A stretch of 64,000 nucleotides of DNA from positions 8,445,386-8,509,385 of the forward strand of contig MU055574.1 of the NCBI GenBank assembly GCA_013239625.1, in the 5' to 3' direction. This document shows, in pieces, positions 12,158-23,980 of the stretch. The notes under the pieces are model-generated. The model saw only the letters and a list, made by a program, of their open reading frames with translations. It did no database searches and had not been told where the DNA came from. This DNA comes from Lama guanicoe (taxonomy: Eukaryota). The position numbers and the translations under genes are program-made. Each line of letters opens with the position of its first letter. The stretch's first letter is position 1.

Positions 12158-12277
12158 GAAAGGCATGGACCGATCTGTAGAAAACTCTTCAACAAAAAGC
12201 GTAAACCTTTCGATTCCTTAAAACAAAGATTACAGGGCACTGACATTCCCCTTGTGGGGAAGGCTCCTAAATCCAAG
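12158..12277 (+). CDS. ZC2HC1B: ZC2HC1B coding exon 3 (ERHGPICRKLFNKKRKPFDSLKQRLQGTDIPLVGKAPKSK)
   Basis: Pyrimidine tract with ctAG|, 120 nt, phase 0/0, donor AAG|GTACTA. Supplies the H-x3-C of finger 1. Confidence 0.95.
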
Positions 12278-12822
12278 GTACTATCAGTATCTTCCTTACT
12301 GTTCTTAATTATGTCCTTAAGTACATTAAAGCCTCTTTCTGGCTCTCTGGTTTCATTTTTGCTTGATAGTGCAGTGTAATGTCATGTTAAGTATAATCCA
12401 CCTTTACTGTTTTCTTTTTAATCATGCTCACTTAGATTTCCAAATGTACTTGAGATACTTTCCAGATGTGGCCAAAAAAAAAAAAAGAATCTCGTTTATA
12501 TTTTCATTAGAGTAGCATTAAATCCAGCAATTAACTTGGAAGACAAGTCACTTTTAATCTTACATTTAAGTCTTCCTTTAAAGTTTTGTAATTGCTTTGT
12601 TTTTCTGATTGTTATTTTGTGTTTTCCCTCACTATTTTGACTTTCAAATTTTATCATTGTATTTTCCAAACCTCTTTTAGTACTTATTGAAAAACAAACT
12701 CTCCTCTCTCCAAATTTCACAGTCCTATTTCCTGTAAATTCAAACCCCAGCTTTCAACAAATTATAATGGAGAGATATATAGTCTAGGTTAGTAATATAC
12801 TGTTGTTTTTTTTTTTAAATAG

Positions 12823-12961
12823 CCTCAGCCTGTGAGAAAATCTAACTGGAGACAGCAACACGAAGACTTCATCAACGCTATTCGATCAGCAAAGCTGTGC
12901 ACACTAGCCGTTAAAGAAGGCCGGCCCCTCCCACCTCCACCGCCGCCCTCCATCAACCCAG
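12823..12961 (+). CDS. ZC2HC1B: ZC2HC1B coding exon 4 (PQPVRKSNWRQQHEDFINAIRSAK...GRPLPPPPPPSINP)
   Basis: Poly-T tract with atAG|, 139 nt, donor CAG|GTGTGT. Contains the family motif KSNWRQQHEDFI and a polyproline run. Confidence 0.95.
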
Positions 12962-14553
12962 GTGTGTGGCCAGTTTGGTTTGCTTTTGACATTTTACTTC
13001 TAACCAGTTGAGGCTCTGCTTGATTTTTGGCCTAATCAGTATGCCTTGCTCCCTCCTAAACCCTCTAAAATTAATAATAGCAATTAAATTATGTAAAAGT
13101 AATTTTATCGTAAGATTTGTCTTACCCGTTTGTTTTTCAACTCTGCATAAAGATTCTGTATTTCCTTCTAACTCTGCCTCAACATGTCCCACTGTCCCCA
13201 GGGTCATGGCATTACAGAACTCTGGGGGATGCCATCCATACCCCAGTCTATGAGGATGGGGCTGGGCAGAGCAGTTTAAGCAGCTCCATAATAGCTCTAC
13301 AGTGTTGGATACCCACAACTCTTTTTTGGTATTTTTTTTTTGAGATAAAATTCCTGTAATATTAAATTTGCCATTTTAGCCATTTAAAATTGTACAGTTT
13401 AGTGGCCCACAGCTTTTTTACCTTCAACTTTTTTTTTTGAACATTTTCAAATCTACAGAAAAAGGTAAGGAATAATACAATGATCACTCATACATCTTCC
13501 ACTTCAATTTGACAATTTTGATATTGTGATATTTTCTCTCTCGTTTTCTCTTTTGGGGGAGGGCGCATAAATATTTAAAAGTAAGTTTCAAATATCAGAA
13601 CTCTTTAACCATAACTATTTCAGCATGTATTTCTTAAGTACATTTTCCTGCATAACCACAATACTATTATCACACTAAATATATAAAATCATATTTTTCC
13701 AATTATCTTAAGAATGCCTTTAGAAGCCTTCTCCTCACCACTCAGTCACAATCCAAGATTCAGTTCAATTCAGTAAAAATCAGAGGACTTAATACTACCT
13801 GATGTCAAGACTTAATATAATGTTGCAGTAATTACAACAATTGGTATTGATGTATCAATTGAACAGAAAAAAAGAATCTAGGTATAGATCTCCCCTGAAT
13901 CTACGGGCAATTGATTTTTGACAAAGACAGTTCACTGTGGGGAAGAACAGTCTTATTAACAATTGATGCAGAGACAACTGGATGTCAGTGTGGGAAAAAT
14001 GACCCTTGATCCTTATACCATACATAAAAATTAATTCAAAATGGATCATTGACCTAGCATAAGTGCTATAACTATCAAATTTCTAGAAAAAAACAAACAT
14101 CTTTGATTTAAGAGTCAACAAAGGATTTTTAAGCAGGACACAAAATACATTAATAATTTTTTTTTAAGGAAATTGATAAACTGGGCTTTACCAAAATTAA
14201 AATCTTTGATTTTGAGAGAAACCATTGGGAGAATGCTAAGGCAAGCTACAGGGCAAGAGAACATATTTATAATATATGTACCTGACAAAGGACAAATATC
14301 AAGAATATATAAAAAAACCTCTTATGACTCAATAAAAAGACAAAACAATAATGAAAAGACAAAAGAAGTATTTGAACNNNNNNNNNNNNNNNNNNNNNNN
14401 NNNNNNNNNNNNNNNNNNNNNNNNNNNNNNNNNNNNNNNNNNNNNNNNNNNNNNNNNNNNNNNNNNNNNNNNNNNNNNNNNNNNNNNNNNNNNNNNNNNN
14501 NNNNNNNNNNNNNNNNNNNNNNNNNNNNNNNNNNNNNNNNNNNNNNNNNNNNN

Positions 14554-15195
14554 GTTTAGAAATGCAACACATTTCTGTATATTAATTTTGTATCCTGCAA
14601 CTTTGCTGAATTCACTGATGAGCTCNNNNNNNNNNNNNNNNNNNNNNNNNNNNNNNNNNNNNNNNNNNNNNNNNNNNNNNNNNNNNNNNNNNNNNNNNNN
14701 NNNNNNNNNNNNNNNNNNNNNNNNNNNNNNNNNNNNNNNNNNNNNNNNNNNNNNNNNNNGGATTTCCAAAATTATGTTGAATAACAGTGGCAAGAGTGGG
14801 CCTCCTTGTTTTGTTTCTGATCTCAAAGGAAGTGATTTCAGCTTTTCACCATTGCGTGGATTATTAGCTGTGGGTTTGTTGTTTATGGCCTGTATTATGT
14901 TGAGATATGTTCCCTCTATGCCCACTTTCTGGAGAGTTTTTTTTTTTATCATAAACAGATGTTGAATTTTATCAAAGCCTTTTCTGCATCTATTGAGATG
15001 ATGACATGGTTTTTATTCTCATTGTTGATGTGGTGTATCACATTGATTGATTTGCAGATATTGAAAAATTCCTACATCCCTGAGATAAATCCCACTTGAT
15101 ACAGTGTATGATCCTTTTAATGTATTGTTGGATTTGGTTTGCCAGTATTTTGTTGAGGATTTTTGCATCTATATTCATCAGTGATATTGGCCTGT
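14554..15195 (-). mobile_element. Inverted 5' segment (ORF2 RT region) of a younger L1
   Basis: Minus [15 protein letters not shown]...[22 protein letters not shown]...EFSKVAGYKINIQK is L1 reverse transcriptase. Confidence 0.9.
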
Positions 15196-15202
15196 CTTTG
15201 TC

Positions 15203-16937
15203 ATAAACTTAAGGAGGCAAAAGACAAGACCTGTACTTGGAAAACAAAAGATGCTGATGAAATTGAAGACAACACAAATAGATGGAANNNNNNNNNNNNN
15301 NNNNNNNNNNNNNNNNNNNNNNNNNNNNNNNNNNNNNNNNNNNNNNNNNNNNNNNNNNNNNNNNNNNNNNNNNNNNNNNNNNNNNNNNNNNNNNNNNNNN
15401 NNNNNNNNNNNNNNNNNATAATTTTAAAATTTCTATGGAAACACAAAAGACCCCAAATAGCCAAAACAATCTTGAGAAAGAAGAAGAGAGGTGGAAGAAT
15501 CNNNNNNNNNNNNNNNNNNNNNNNNNNNNNNNNNNNNNNNNNNNNNNNNNNNNNNNNNNNNNNNNNNNNNNNNNNNNNNNNNNNNNNNNNNNNNNNNNNN
15601 NNNNNNNNNNNNNNNNNNNNNNNNNNNNNTAATCTATGAGAAAGGAGGCAAGATTACACAATGGAGAAAAGATAGTCTTTTTAATAACTGGTGCTGGGAA
15701 AACTGGATAGCTACATATTAAAAAATGCAGTTAGAACATTCTCTAATACAATATACAAAAATAAATTCAAAATGGATTAAAGACCTAAATGTAAGACCAG
15801 GTACTATAAAACTCCTAGAGAAAAACATAGCCAGAAAACTCTTTGACATAAATTGCAGCAATAATTTTTTTGGATCCATTTCCCAAAGTAAAGGAAATAA
15901 AAGCAAAAATAAACAAAAGANNNNNNNNNNNNNNNNNNNNNNNNNNNNNNNNNNNNNNNNNNNNNNNNNNNNNNNNNNNNNNNNNNNNNNNNNNNNNNNN
16001 NNNNNNNNNNNNNNNNNNNNNNNNNNNNNNNNNNNNNNNNNNNNNNNNNNNNNNNNNNNNNNNNNTCAACATCAGAAAAACACACAACTGGATTACAAAA
16101 ATGGGCAGATGAACTGAATAGACATCTTTCCAAAGAGGAAGGGCAGATGGCCAAAAGGCACGTGAANNNNNNNNNNNNNNNNNNNNNNNNNNNNNNNNNN
16201 NNNNNNNNNNNNNNNNNNNNNNNNNNNNNNNNNNNNNNNNNNNNNNNNNNNNNNNNNNNNNNNNNNNNNNNNNNNNNNNNNNNNNNNNNNNNNNNNNNNN
16301 NNNNNNNNNNNGGTGGAAACACAAATTGGTGCAGCCACTGTGGAAAACAGTTTGGAGGTTTGTCAAAAAACTAAAAACAGAACTACCATATGACCCAGCA
16401 ATTCCACTCCTGAGTATATATCCAAAAAACACAAAAACACTAATTCAAAAAGATACATGCACCCCAATGTTCATAGCAGCATTTTTTACAATTGCCAAGA
16501 TGTGGAAGCAACCTAAGTGTCCATCAACTGATGAACGGATAAAGAAGATGTGGTATATATACACAATGGAATACTACTAAGCCATTAAAAAGAATGAAAT
16601 TTTGCCATTCACAGCAATGTGGATGACTTAGAGGGCATTATGCTAAGTGAAATAAGTCAGATGGAGAAAAACAAATACTGCAGGATATCACTTACATGTG
16701 GAATCTAAAAAATACAACAAACTAGTGAATGTAACAACAAAGAAGCAGAGTCATAGATATGGAGAACAAACTAGTGGTTACCAGTGGGGAAAGGGCAGGG
16801 GGAAGGGAAATATAGGGACAGGTGTTTAAGAAGTATAAATTATTAGGTATAAAATAAGCTACAAGGATATATTGTACAACACAGAATATAGGCAATATTT
16901 TATAATAACTATAAATGGAGTATAACCTTTAAAAAAA
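15203..16937 (+). mobile_element. Sense 3' segment of the same younger L1 (ORF2 C-terminus and 3' UTR)
   Basis: [14 protein letters not shown] and [10 protein letters not shown]...YDPAIPLL...MWYIYTMEYY motifs; ends in an A-run at ~16931-16938. Confidence 0.9.
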
Positions 16938-17169
16938 ACCACAATGAGATACCATTTCACACCCACTTGAAGAGCTAAAATTAAAGACTGACAGTACAAG
17001 TGATGGCCAAGATATGGAACAACTGGAAGTCGCATACACTGCTGCTGAGAGTCTAAAATAGTACAACTACTTTGCCCTGGTATTTTCTTAATTTAAAACA
17101 TCCACTTACTATATAGCAATTTCACTCCAAGCTATATGCAAAAAATGGAAAATATGTCCTTATTAAAAG

Positions 17170-17879
17170 ATTTTTTCATTGAAGTATAGTTGATTTACAA
17201 TGTATTATTTTCTAGTTACAGCAAAGTGATTTTTCATATTCTTTTTCATGATTTATTATAGGATATTGAATATAGTTCCCTGTGCTATACTGTAGGACCT
17301 TGTTGTTTATCTACATTATATATATCAGTTTGCATCTGCTAATCCCAAACTCCTAATTTATCCCTCCCCTATCCTTTTCCCCTTAGGTAACCATAAGTTT
17401 GTTTCCTATGTCTGTGAGTCTATTGTTGTTTCATAAATGTGTTCATTTGTGCCCTATTTTAGATTCCATATGTAAGTAATATTACATGATAATTCTCTGT
17501 CTGACTTACTTAACTTAGTATGATAATNNNNNNNNNNNNNNNNNNNNNNNNNNNNNNNNNNNNNNNNNNNNNNNNNNNNNNNNNNNNNNNNNNNNNNNNN
17601 NNNNNNNNNNNNNNNNNNNNNNNNNNNNNNNNNNNNNNNNNNNNNNNNNNNNNNNNNNNNNNNNNNNNNNNNNNNNNNNNNNTGCTGCTTTGAACATTGG
17701 GTTGTATGTAACTTTTTAAATTATAGTTTTNNNNNNNNNNNNNNNNNNNNNNNNNNNNNNNNNNNNNNNNNNNNNNNNNNNNNNNNNNNNNNNNNNNNNN
17801 NNNNNNNNNNNNNNNNNNNNNNNNNNNNNNNNNNNNNNNNNNNNNNNNNNNNNNNNNNNNNNNNNNNNNNNNNNNNNNN
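17170..17879 (-). mobile_element. Artiodactyl-type L1 3' end, antisense, nested in the old L1
   Basis: ttgaagtatagttgatttacaatg...gatattgaatatagttccctgtgctatac...gtctgacttactt. Confidence 0.85.
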
Positions 17880-19909
17880 TAATTCATAATAGCTTCATTT
17901 AAATAGCATAAACTGGAAACAATTGCAAATGCATCAACAAGTGGATGGATAAACAAATTGTGGAACATTTATAAGATCTTCTTACAATAGTAAGAAGTGC
18001 AACTATACATGCAGCAACATGGATGCTCTCTTACAGCAAATAATAGCAAAGGTAAAACATATTTAGTGACTGGAAAATAGTGTCTGGTTGCTTGAGACTG
18101 GGTTTGGAGGAACATTCAGAAGGGGCATGAGGGAACTTTTGGAGGTAATGGAATTGTTCTATATTTTTATTGGGATATTACACAAATGTATACATTTGTT
18201 AAAACTCATTGAACTGTACACTTTAAATAGGTGCATTTTGTTGCATGTAAATTATTCCTCAAAGTTCATTGTAAAAAAAAAAAAACACAAAACCCAGTGT
18301 TCCAGCTACTTAGGAACAGCTATAAAGAACTTACGTATTCTTATTTTCTGGACTTTATTTGAATGTAAGCTTTTTGGGTTCAGGTTCTGTGTCCTTTAAG
18401 AACTTCTTATTTTATTTACATATGTGGGTTTGGTAAAGTGTTATTTAGACAACTTTTTCCCTATACGTGTATCTTGGTAAAGTGTTGTTTGAACATGGGT
18501 CCGATAAAGAACAATGTTAGTTTCTTCAGAAAAAAATAGGCATTAAAAAACTCCAGTGTAATACTATAAAAATCATAAATCATCTGAACTTCAGTACCAG
18601 AGAATAATCTTAATAATTGCTTCACTTTTGCTAGGTGCTTATGAAAATGTAACTTAAATAATGTGTTGTCTTAAGATGTTCCATAGAAAGATCTATGGCT
18701 GTGATTTTGATAGTACTTTGGCAACAAGCCTTATATAATAAAAGCATCTTTTATGAGAAATGCTTCATTTTAATAGAAGCTGCAGGGTTGATGGCTAGTT
18801 CTTTAGCTGAATAGTGAAAGTATGTCAGATGTCCTGCTGTGTGACTTTCTCTAATTTCCACGTTGAATTTAAAATGTGGGGATTATTTTTCCTTTAAAGT
18901 AAATAATTCCCTTTATAAAGCCTCATCAAGTGTGCAGATTATTTTTCTGCCCTTTATATTTTTATACTAAAATATAGTTTTATAATTAAATTCTTCCCTG
19001 TGCCCTTATTATAATTTTATGCACCAAGCAAAATGATTACCTACAATAGCACATTTTCATTACTATTCAATTATTTAGATTGTGGAGGGATTTTATATTA
19101 GCCCATATATTCTCCAGCTTAAATACCAGAAAATTTATACAGACGTAACTAGGGATATTAATCATATGGCTTGGTTTGCATGAGTTTGCAAGTAATTCCC
19201 ATTTTTTTCAGCGTGATTTCCTCTTTCATGGTTCAATTTCTGTGACATGCATGTATTTATTCTAATTCTTACTGACTTAAGTAAGTTTACCAGTCATTCA
19301 ACTTTCCAGGATGATGTGACAGTTTATGGGGACAGTGATACAGAATATTTACCACTGGGATTTTCAGTGAGGCCTGGGACATTTGGTCACCACTTCACAG
19401 GGCTACATAGACATGGTACTCAGCAACATGTTTGCATTTTTATTTTAATTTTTTGAAAGTGAAGAAATTTAATCAGATGTCAGAGTACTGAAGAATTTTC
19501 ATCATATATGGTTTCAATAACAGAAGTGATATATTGTTAGAATATCAATTTTAAAAGTGTCAAGCCAGAAAACCTAAGGAGTTTTTCATTCTCTGCTTTA
19601 AAAAAAAAAAAAGAAGTCCGTGTGTGCTTGTATCAACATTTCATGGTTTTGATTCAAAATTTTTTTGTTCTAAAGATGCTGTGTATTTCTTCCACTGATC
19701 ATTTCACTTTTGTCCCTACATCTATCTTCTTCTTGGGCACACAGATACTTTATCAGCTTCAGCCACTCAATATGAGAGAGAGGACCACAGAGAAGGAGAA
19801 ATTTAGACTACTTTGGCAATGCGAATTTGGGCTGTAATTCTGTGTAGGGGCTAATGTCAGTTTACTGCTTCTCAGGAATATATTTTATTCCTTTCCTCCT
19901 CTTCTATTC

Positions 19910-20915
19910 CTTTTTAAAAAAATTATTTTTTATTTTAATATAATTTTTAAAGGTTACACTCCATTTATTATAAATTACTGGCTACAATTATTATAAAATA
20001 CTGGCTATATTCCCCATGTTGTACAGTACATCCTTGTATTCTATCTTACACCCAGTAGTTTGTACCTCCCACTCCCCATCCCTAGGGTGCCCCTCCCCCT
20101 GCCTTCTCCCCACTGGTAACCACTAGTTTGTTCTCTATATCTGTCCTTCTTCATTTTTATATTCACTAGTGTTGTATTTTTTTAGATTCCACACGTAAGT
20201 GATATCACACAGTATTTGTCTTTTCCTGTCTGACTTATTTCACTTAGCATAATGTACTCCATCCATGTTGCTGCNNNNNNNNNNNNNNNNNNNNNNNNNN
20301 NNNNNNNNNNNNNNNNNNNNNNNNNNNNNNNNNNNNNNNNNNNNNNNNNNNNNNNNNNNNNNNNNNNNNNNNNNNNNNNNNNNNNNNNNNNNNNNNNNNN
20401 NNNNNNNNNNNNNNNNNNNNNNNNNNNNNNNNNNNNNNNNNNNNNNNNNNNNNNNNNNNNNNNNNNNNNNNNNNNNNNNNNNNNNNNNNNNNNNNNNNNN
20501 NNNNNNTGAATTAGTGTTTTTGTGTTTTTTGGATATACTCAGGGGTGGAATTGCTGGGTCATATGGTAGTTCTCTTTTCAGTATTTTGACAAACTTCCAA
20601 ACTGTTTTCCACAGTGGCTGCACCAATTTGTNNNNNNNNNNNNNNNNNNNNNNNNNNNNNNNNNNNNNNNNNNNNNNNNNNNNNNNNNNNNNNNNNNNNN
20701 NNNNNNNNNNNNNNNNNNNNNNNNNNNNNNNNNNNNNNNNNNNNNNNNNNNNNNNNNNNNNNNNNNNNNNNNNNNNNNNNNNNNNNNNNNNNNNNNNNNN
20801 NNNNNNNNNNNNNNNNNNNNTCTCTTTGGAAAGATGTCTATTCAGTTCTTCTGCCCATTTTTTAATTGTGTTGTTTGTTTTTTTAATGTTGAGTTGTATG
20901 GGAAGTGCTTGCATT
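19910..20915 (-). mobile_element. 5'-truncated L1 (ORF2 C-terminus and 3' UTR)
   Basis: Minus ORF KKWAEELNRHLSKE...[11 protein letters not shown]...YDPAIP. The 3' UTR closely resembles 16600-16930 in reverse complement. Confidence 0.9.
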
Positions 20916-22994
20916 TTAAAATGATGCTTGTTTTTCTATTTTAATTTTTTATATGATCTGGAGCAAGACTTTAAAAATCGTCTATTGAAATGAATAGCAC
21001 ATAGTGATTTTTATAACATCTTTATTGATAGAGGAAGAGGTGACTCAGTTTGAGATGAGGGTAGAACCTGTAGCTAAGTCATGGTGTGTTCAGATTATTG
21101 TTGCAGAAGAAGACTTTCCATACTCAGAATATCTGACATTCCCTTCCTCCCTTAAGTCTGGGCTTCATGTCCCTCCTGTGGGCTTATTCCATGGAGTGGT
21201 AACGTCTGCTGCTTTGCCTAGTCCTCTCGTTGTCCCTGAGGTTTTTGTCAGCAGGGAAATAACACATCAACGTGCTTGTCTCCACGGTGATGTGTAGCGC
21301 CACACAGAAGGTATGATGAATGAATGAATGAATGAACAGGTGCAATTAAGGAAGCAACGCAGTCACTGCCATAACCGTTGTCTTTGCCTGAACTAAGTAG
21401 GGTTTCTGGTAGCAGCACTTCTGATGTGAGCCTTGACTTTTCGGTTGGCAAAACTGAAGAAATAACCACGAAACTGCAAACCCAGTCCTAGATGGTTTTC
21501 TACTCCATCGTAAATGAGTTCTGCATGGTAATGGCGCTATTTTATTTTTGTAAGCAATTTCTCTCCTTTTGGTAGTTGGAAACGCAACCTGGCTGAGCCT
21601 GTTTCCTTGGAGTAACAGCGTATTTCACCCGCCCACTGTGCCAAGCCCTACTGTGGATTATTGTAGTTAACTTTCACAACAAGCAGATGAAGTGGGTGAT
21701 ACGTAGGTGTGGGGAAATTGAAGCTTAAGCAGGTTAAGTTCACACACGCAGCAGGTGAGGAGCTGGGACTGAGAACCAGTCAGACAGGCTGCAGAGCCTT
21801 TGCCATCTCCCAATGCTGTCCTATTTTATTTTGTTCAAGGAATTTGTCACCGTGGGAGAAAGTTGTCTTTATATTAGAAAGCTTAGTCCTTGATTGCAGA
21901 GACATCATATCCCTCTGGAGCATAATAAGTGTTCAGTAAGTATGGAATCAGTGATTAGGTTAAGTGCTAATCTTTTATTACATTCCAGAATTATACATTC
22001 TAATTTTATGAGTATTCATTTTAGGAAGTGATTTGTTCAAATAGAAGACTCCCCAAACAGCTTAAAAAGATGCCTTCAAAAAACTTAACTTTGAAGGCAT
22101 GACTGCCTTAAATATCCAGTCACATATGTAGGCACTGTATCCTAAGCCAGACTTTCACACAGAGTTGATGGTTTGTGCAGAGCCTGCCAGGGGAGCGGGA
22201 GATACTGTCTTCTAACTCTCACATCCACTTTGTCATCCCGTCAAGGTGCCTAAAGCAAGACAGAACAGTGTGCCCCCGACACTCCTCTCTGCTTTGGACG
22301 AGTAGGCTCCAGCCTGGCTTTGCCGTGAGCATCATTACGTTCTAAGAGTGTGGATCTTTCTCATCTCTCATTTCTCTCACTGTCTAGTAACTGCAAATGA
22401 GACAAATGGGTGCTCCGCACAACCTCAGAGGCCCCGTGCCCCCAGGGCCGCTGGAGAGGTTCTTACTCTGGAAGGTGGAGCCCTCTTGTCCCTCATTGCC
22501 CTTTTCTCTTTTTGAACCCTTGCTGTTCCCTTTTCCTGATCCCTTTTCTGAAAGTATTATTTGCCTCCTCACTTAGGAATTCAGTGGATCTAGCCATTGC
22601 AGAAGGAGTGTGACATTGGCTTCAAATCCCATCCCCCCAAAACCCCACATTCTGAAACACCGCGCTCCCTCTGTAGCTGCATAACGTGTGCGTGTTTGTG
22701 TGTGTGCATGTGGTGAAAGATTTTAAAGGATTTATTTAGCAAAGGGAAAGTACACCTCCCAGAACAGGCTGACTGAAGGGAGGCAGAAGCAGCGGCCTTT
22801 GCCCCTTCTCTTACACCCTCGCCTAGAGGTGGCGTTCTGACTGACTGGCGGCTCTTGCCCTGGGAACGCGTAGTGGTATTTGCGCACTTTGCGCGTGCCT
22901 TTGCCCGCAGCGCACACAGGAAAACCCAAGGAGGGGCCCAAACCGCAGTGCTAGTTATATTACAATGCGCGTTGGGTCATGTCCAGTTAGGTCC

Positions 22995-23128
22995 GTCTTT
23001 TTTCTTTCTTTTTTTCTTAGGAGAGGAGGTAATTAAGTTTGTTTACTGACTTATTTTTTAAGTGGAGGATTGAACCCAGGACCTTGTGCAGGCTAGGCAG
23101 GCACTCTACCACCGAGCTAGCCCTTGTG
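22995..23128 (-). mobile_element. tRNA-derived SINE, camelid Vic-1 type (older copy)
   Basis: Minus strand: tagctcggtggtagag...ggttcaatcc, tail aaacttaattacctcc. Degenerate TSD catgtc-nnn-ttaggtcc at 22978-22994 and 23129-23145. Confidence 0.82.
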
Positions 23129-23464
23129 CATGTCTGCTTAGGTCCTGCTGCGTGCTGTGTGGCTACACAACTTGTGTGCGACCTTCTGTCCCCCTCGGCA
23201 CCACAGCCTGGGCTTGGTCACCTTCTGTGCCCTTCAGTCCTCAACACCCACAGCCTGTGATTCCAGGACTACTTTCTTTACATAAGCTTTCACGAAATAA
23301 TTTATTTAATTGGAAAGTTCCTAAGTATATACAATTACTCTGTTTTCTAAAAAAAAAAAGTATCATGTAAACATTTTAAGGAAATACTTTTTTTTTAATG
23401 TAGTGAGCTTTTAGTCTTTAAGTAATGATGAACTGTGTGTAGGTCATCACAGTTGCCTAGATGT

Positions 23465-23602
23465 ATTTTTTTTTATTGACATAGTCGATTTACAATATTG
23501 TGTCAGTCTCTGGTGTACAGCATGGTAATTCAGTTATATACACACATATAAATATATTTTTCATGATAGGTTACTACAAGATATTGAATATACTTCCCCA
23601 TG
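23465..23602 (-). mobile_element. Short, internally deleted L1 3' tail
   Basis: ttgacatagtcgatttacaatattgtgtcagt...aagatattgaatatact; same family as 4527-4791. Confidence 0.7.
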
Positions 23603-23840
23603 CAAGGGAATACTCTTAATTGAAATAAGTACCTGGGTAGGGAACTTCTCCCCCTGCCATGTCCTTTACTTGAGCTTCTACCTGCCTCCTCCCGTAGAAT
23701 AGGCTGTCTCACACCAGAGTTCGGGACCTTGTTCTTTCATGTTGGAGCAGAGTTCATATCCTATTCATTTCATTTCATGTAGTCCCCTTCCAGAGTTGTT
23801 TTTGAAATGTTTTTTGTCTTTTTGTTATCTTTACATTCAG

Positions 23841-23980
23841 ATTATATTCAATGTCCGTACTGTATGAGGAGGTTTAATGAAACCGCAGCCAATCGACATA
23901 TTAATTTCTGCAAGGATCAGACTTCTCGCCGAGTCTTCAATCCAGCCCAGACCGCAGCCAAATTGGCATCCAGAGCACAG
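23841..23980 (+). CDS. ZC2HC1B: ZC2HC1B coding exon 5 (DYIQCPYCMRRFNETAANRHINFCKDQTSRRVFNPAQTAAKLASRAQ), C2HC finger 2
   Basis: ttcAG| acceptor, 140 nt, CAG|GTAAGA donor. C-x2-C-x11-H-x3-C is visible in ORF 23807..24091. Confidence 0.96.

Larger units (their letters stand above)
13780..18290 (+). mobile_element. Old L1M (ORF2 3' part plus 3' UTR) hosting two younger L1 insertions
   Basis: Colinear host segments 13780-14377, ~16938-17165 and ~17880-18290, ending aactcattgaactgtacactt...poly(A). Confidence 0.75.

Noticed and set aside
18430-18486. 13-nt direct repeat ttggtaaagtgtt spaced 44 nt apart
   Set aside because: Only two units; an ordinary decayed tandem duplication, not an array. CRISPR is not applicable to mammalian DNA.
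14173-20924. Many long ORFs containing X
   Set aside because: Artefacts of N-runs hiding stop codons in degenerate L1 sequence; no intact ORF2.
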